This document shows positions 61,160-64,000 of a DNA stretch of 64,000 bases, piece by piece. Below the pieces are notes generated by a model. It did not search any database. It was given only the letters and a program-made list of their open reading frames with translations, and was not told the origin of the DNA. Within the stretch, counting starts at the first letter, position 1; the number at the start of each line of letters is the position of its first letter. The position numbers and the translations under genes were made by a program. This DNA is from Chiloscyllium plagiosum (lineage: Eukaryota), in contig NC_057754.1 of the NCBI RefSeq assembly GCF_004010195.1, forward strand, positions 7,583,546 to 7,647,545, written 5' to 3'.

Positions 61160-62765
61160 AAAAATGCCACTCAGATGCCTTTCCACTGTCACATTAAACC
61201 TATGTCCTTTACTTTTGAATTCCCCTAACCTTGGAAAAAGACCTTGGCTATTCACTCCATACATGTCCCTCATGATTTTATAAACCTCTACAAAGTCACC
61301 CCTCAGCCTCCGCCGCTCCAGGGAAAATGGCCCACTGTCTATTCAGCCTCTCCCTGTATCTCAAATGCTCCATTCCTGGCAACATCCTTGTAAAGTTTTT
61401 CTGAACCCTTGTTACATTGTCAGTTACATCATACTTTGCTCATAAACTGCATGAATCCATTTAAGATTCTGTTAATTCATTTTTTAGATTAGTATCAGTC
61501 TAAACGTTATGGCACAGACAAGAGCACATAGGGGATTAGTGGTGCTGGAAGAGTACAGCAGTTCAGGCAGCATCCAAGGAGCTTCGAAATCGACGTTTTG
61601 GGCAAAAGCCCTTCATCAGGAATAAAGGCAGTGAGCCTGAAGCGTGGAGAGCAAATAGGGAGCTAACACCTTCAATGCATTATCTGGGCTGACACCAATT
61701 TTTAGGGTGGCATGGTGGCACAGTAGTTAGCACTGCTGCCTCACAGAGACCCAGGTTCAATTCCCCCTCAGGCAACTGTCTGTGTGGAGTTTGCACATTT
61801 TCCCCGTGTCTGTGTGGGTTTCCTCTGGGTGCTCTGGTTTCCTCCCACAATCCAAAGATGTGCAGGTCAAGCAAATTGGCCATGCTAAGTTACCCGTAGT
61901 GTTAGGTGCATTAGTCAGAGGGGAATGGGTCTGGGTGGGTTGCTCTTCAGAGGGTCGGTGTGGACTTGTTGGGCCGAAGGGCCTGTTTCCACACTGTAGG
62001 GAATCTAATCTTCACTTGAAAATGTAACTTATTAAAAAAGTTTTACGATTTACATATGAAAGAAGTGAAACTAACATGGTCATTCTAACAGATGAGAGAC
62101 TTGACAAACATTCACGGTGTTGTTCAATGTATAATTTCAGTTACATCACATTGTAAACTTTTGCTATAAATTCTGTGTCTTACAATCATGTACTCCACAA
62201 CCACCTGATGAAGGAGCAGCGCTCTAAAAGCTAGTGCTTCCAATTAACCTTGTTGGACTATAACCTGGTTTAGATTAGATTACTTACAGTGTGGAAACAG
62301 GCCCTTCGGCCCAACAAGTCAACACCGACCCGCCGAAGCGCAACCCACCCATTCCCCTACATTTACCCCTTTTACCTAACACTACGGGCAATTTAGCATG
62401 GCCAATTCACCTGACCTGCACATCTTTGGATTGTGGGAGGAAACCGGAGCACCCGGAGGAAACCCACGCAGACACGGGGAGAATGTGCAAACTCCACACA
62501 GTCAGTCGCCTGAGTCGGGAATTGAACCCGGGTCTCTGGCGCTGTGAGGCAGCAGTGCTAACCACTGTGCCACCGTGCTGCCCACTGGTGTTGGGTGATG
62601 ATTTTATAAACTTCTAAAAGGTGACCCGTCAGCCTCCGCCACTCCAGGGAAAGTGGCCTACTGTCTACTCAGCCTCTCCTATTTCAAATGCTCCATTCCT
62701 GGCAACATCCTTGTAAATATTTTCTGAACCCTTTCAAGTTTTAACAACGTCTTTCCTATCGCAGG
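61160..62765. mobile_element. Composite: CR1 (-) fragments flanking a Penelope-like 3' region that carries two inverted SINEs (61705-62010 +, 62270-62583 -)
   Basis: Family similarity to the copies at ~25800-26100, ~27300-27760 and the other SINEs. Confidence 0.75.
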
Positions 62766-63839
62766 GAGGTTACTTGTACAAGGCTATATTTACACACATT
62801 TGAGGGCTGGGAAGGTCCAATAACTGAGTGGATCCCCATTTAACATTGGCAGAAAGACCTATGGCGGATGTCTTTACCCACTGCACCTAGGCAGCAGCTG
62901 ACCCAAACTTTACGGTTAGCACCGTTGCCTCACAGTGCCAGGGACTCAGTTTCAATTCTACCCTTGGGTAACTGTGCGGAGTTTACAATTCTCCCCTTGT
63001 CTGCATGGGTTACCTCCGGGTGCTCCAGTTTCTTCTCACAGCCCAAAAATGCGCCCGGTAAGTGGATTAGCCACGGGAAATATAGGGTGACAGGGATGGG
63101 GGTAAGTCTGGGTGTGATGCTTGTTTGGTGGATCAGTGTGGACTCAATGGTCTGAATAGCTGGCTTACACACTGTAAGGATTCTGTGATAATCCTGGACC
63201 TTGGAACGCTTGGTTGAGGTCAGTTCCTTGCTCTGAGAGACCAAAAGGTTTTGGGGCAGACCAAAGAACAACTTTCACAGAGGTGACAGTCCTCCAGGCA
63301 CAGTCAATGCTTGTCTCCGTGTGCATCCTGCTGAACATACCGTAGAGTACAAGAGTCCTGCGTCGCGGAGCTGCTCTGGACGAACCTCACAAAGAACAAC
63401 TCCATCTCTCTCCAGATTTCCTTTGATGATGATTGGGGGTTGGGAGAGGGGTGTCTCTAGTGGTAATCTCCCTACATCTGAGCCTGGAAGATCTGGGTTT
63501 ATAAAGGTCCTTTTGCTGCAGATGCATGTAATAACATCTCTGAATCAAGTTGACTAGAAAATATCTACAACAATGAGGAGGCACATTCCCTCCTTCATTC
63601 ATGAGATGTGGACGTTGCCGGCTCGACCAGAATTTGTTGTCCACATGGCAATTAAGAGTCAACCACTGATACAAAACAAACTGCTGATGCTAAAGATCTC
63701 AAAAAGCTATTGCTGGAGAAATTCAGCAGGGCGGTATCTGAAGAAGGGTCACTAAGACTAGAAGCATTAATTCTGCTTTGCCTGCCCAGAAGCTGAATTT
63801 CCCCAGCAATTTCCGTTTTTGTTTTTATCAATGGAGCAG

Positions 63840-64000
63840 GTGCTTCACTGCGCATGCTTCTCGTTGTCAGCGAACACAGTCTTCTGGACGGCGACGTGAT
63901 GACGCTTGGGGTGGGGGCGTGCCCTCCCGCGCGGCCCTACCAATGAGGCGGCCGTTCATTGACCGGGGACGACGGGCCGGTGCTCTGCGCATGCTTCCCG
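63840..64000. promoter_or_regulatory. Edge of a CpG-island promoter (gene not visible in the window)
   Basis: Two TGCGCATGC NRF1-like motifs, a CRE-like GACGTGATGACG, a GC box and CCAAT. Confidence 0.65.

Noticed and set aside
60082..61283. Long overlapping ORFs (334 aa minus, 354 aa plus)
   Set aside because: Shadow frames of the very GC-rich RBM4-like CDS; no recognisable domain; the plus ORF runs into a CR1

Overview
Vertebrate genomic DNA, most likely an elasmobranch (shark), inferred from abundant HE1-like tRNA SINEs with CR1-type tails. It is repeat-rich and has five N gaps. Three protein-coding genes lie on the minus strand. SNX15 has exons 1-5 here and continues off the left edge. 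ARL2 is complete (5 exons, 184 aa), and its first intron has U12 (minor spliceosome) signals. The third is a single-exon, GC-rich RBM4/RBM14/lark-family gene with two RRMs and no zinc knuckle. CpG-island promoters lie upstream of each gene, and a fourth is at the right edge. The rest is CR1 and other LINE fragments, SINEs, Penelope-like elements, solo-LTR-like elements, a MITE and several minisatellites. The most notable observations are: minimal hammerhead-ribozyme cores in Penelope-derived repeats (one intact ~1.5 kb upstream of ARL2); a SINE-spacer-SINE block bounded by a single target-site duplication; and a chain of orphan minus-strand exon-like segments between ARL2 and the RBM4-like gene. 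All coordinates were read by eye, and repeat boundaries are approximate.
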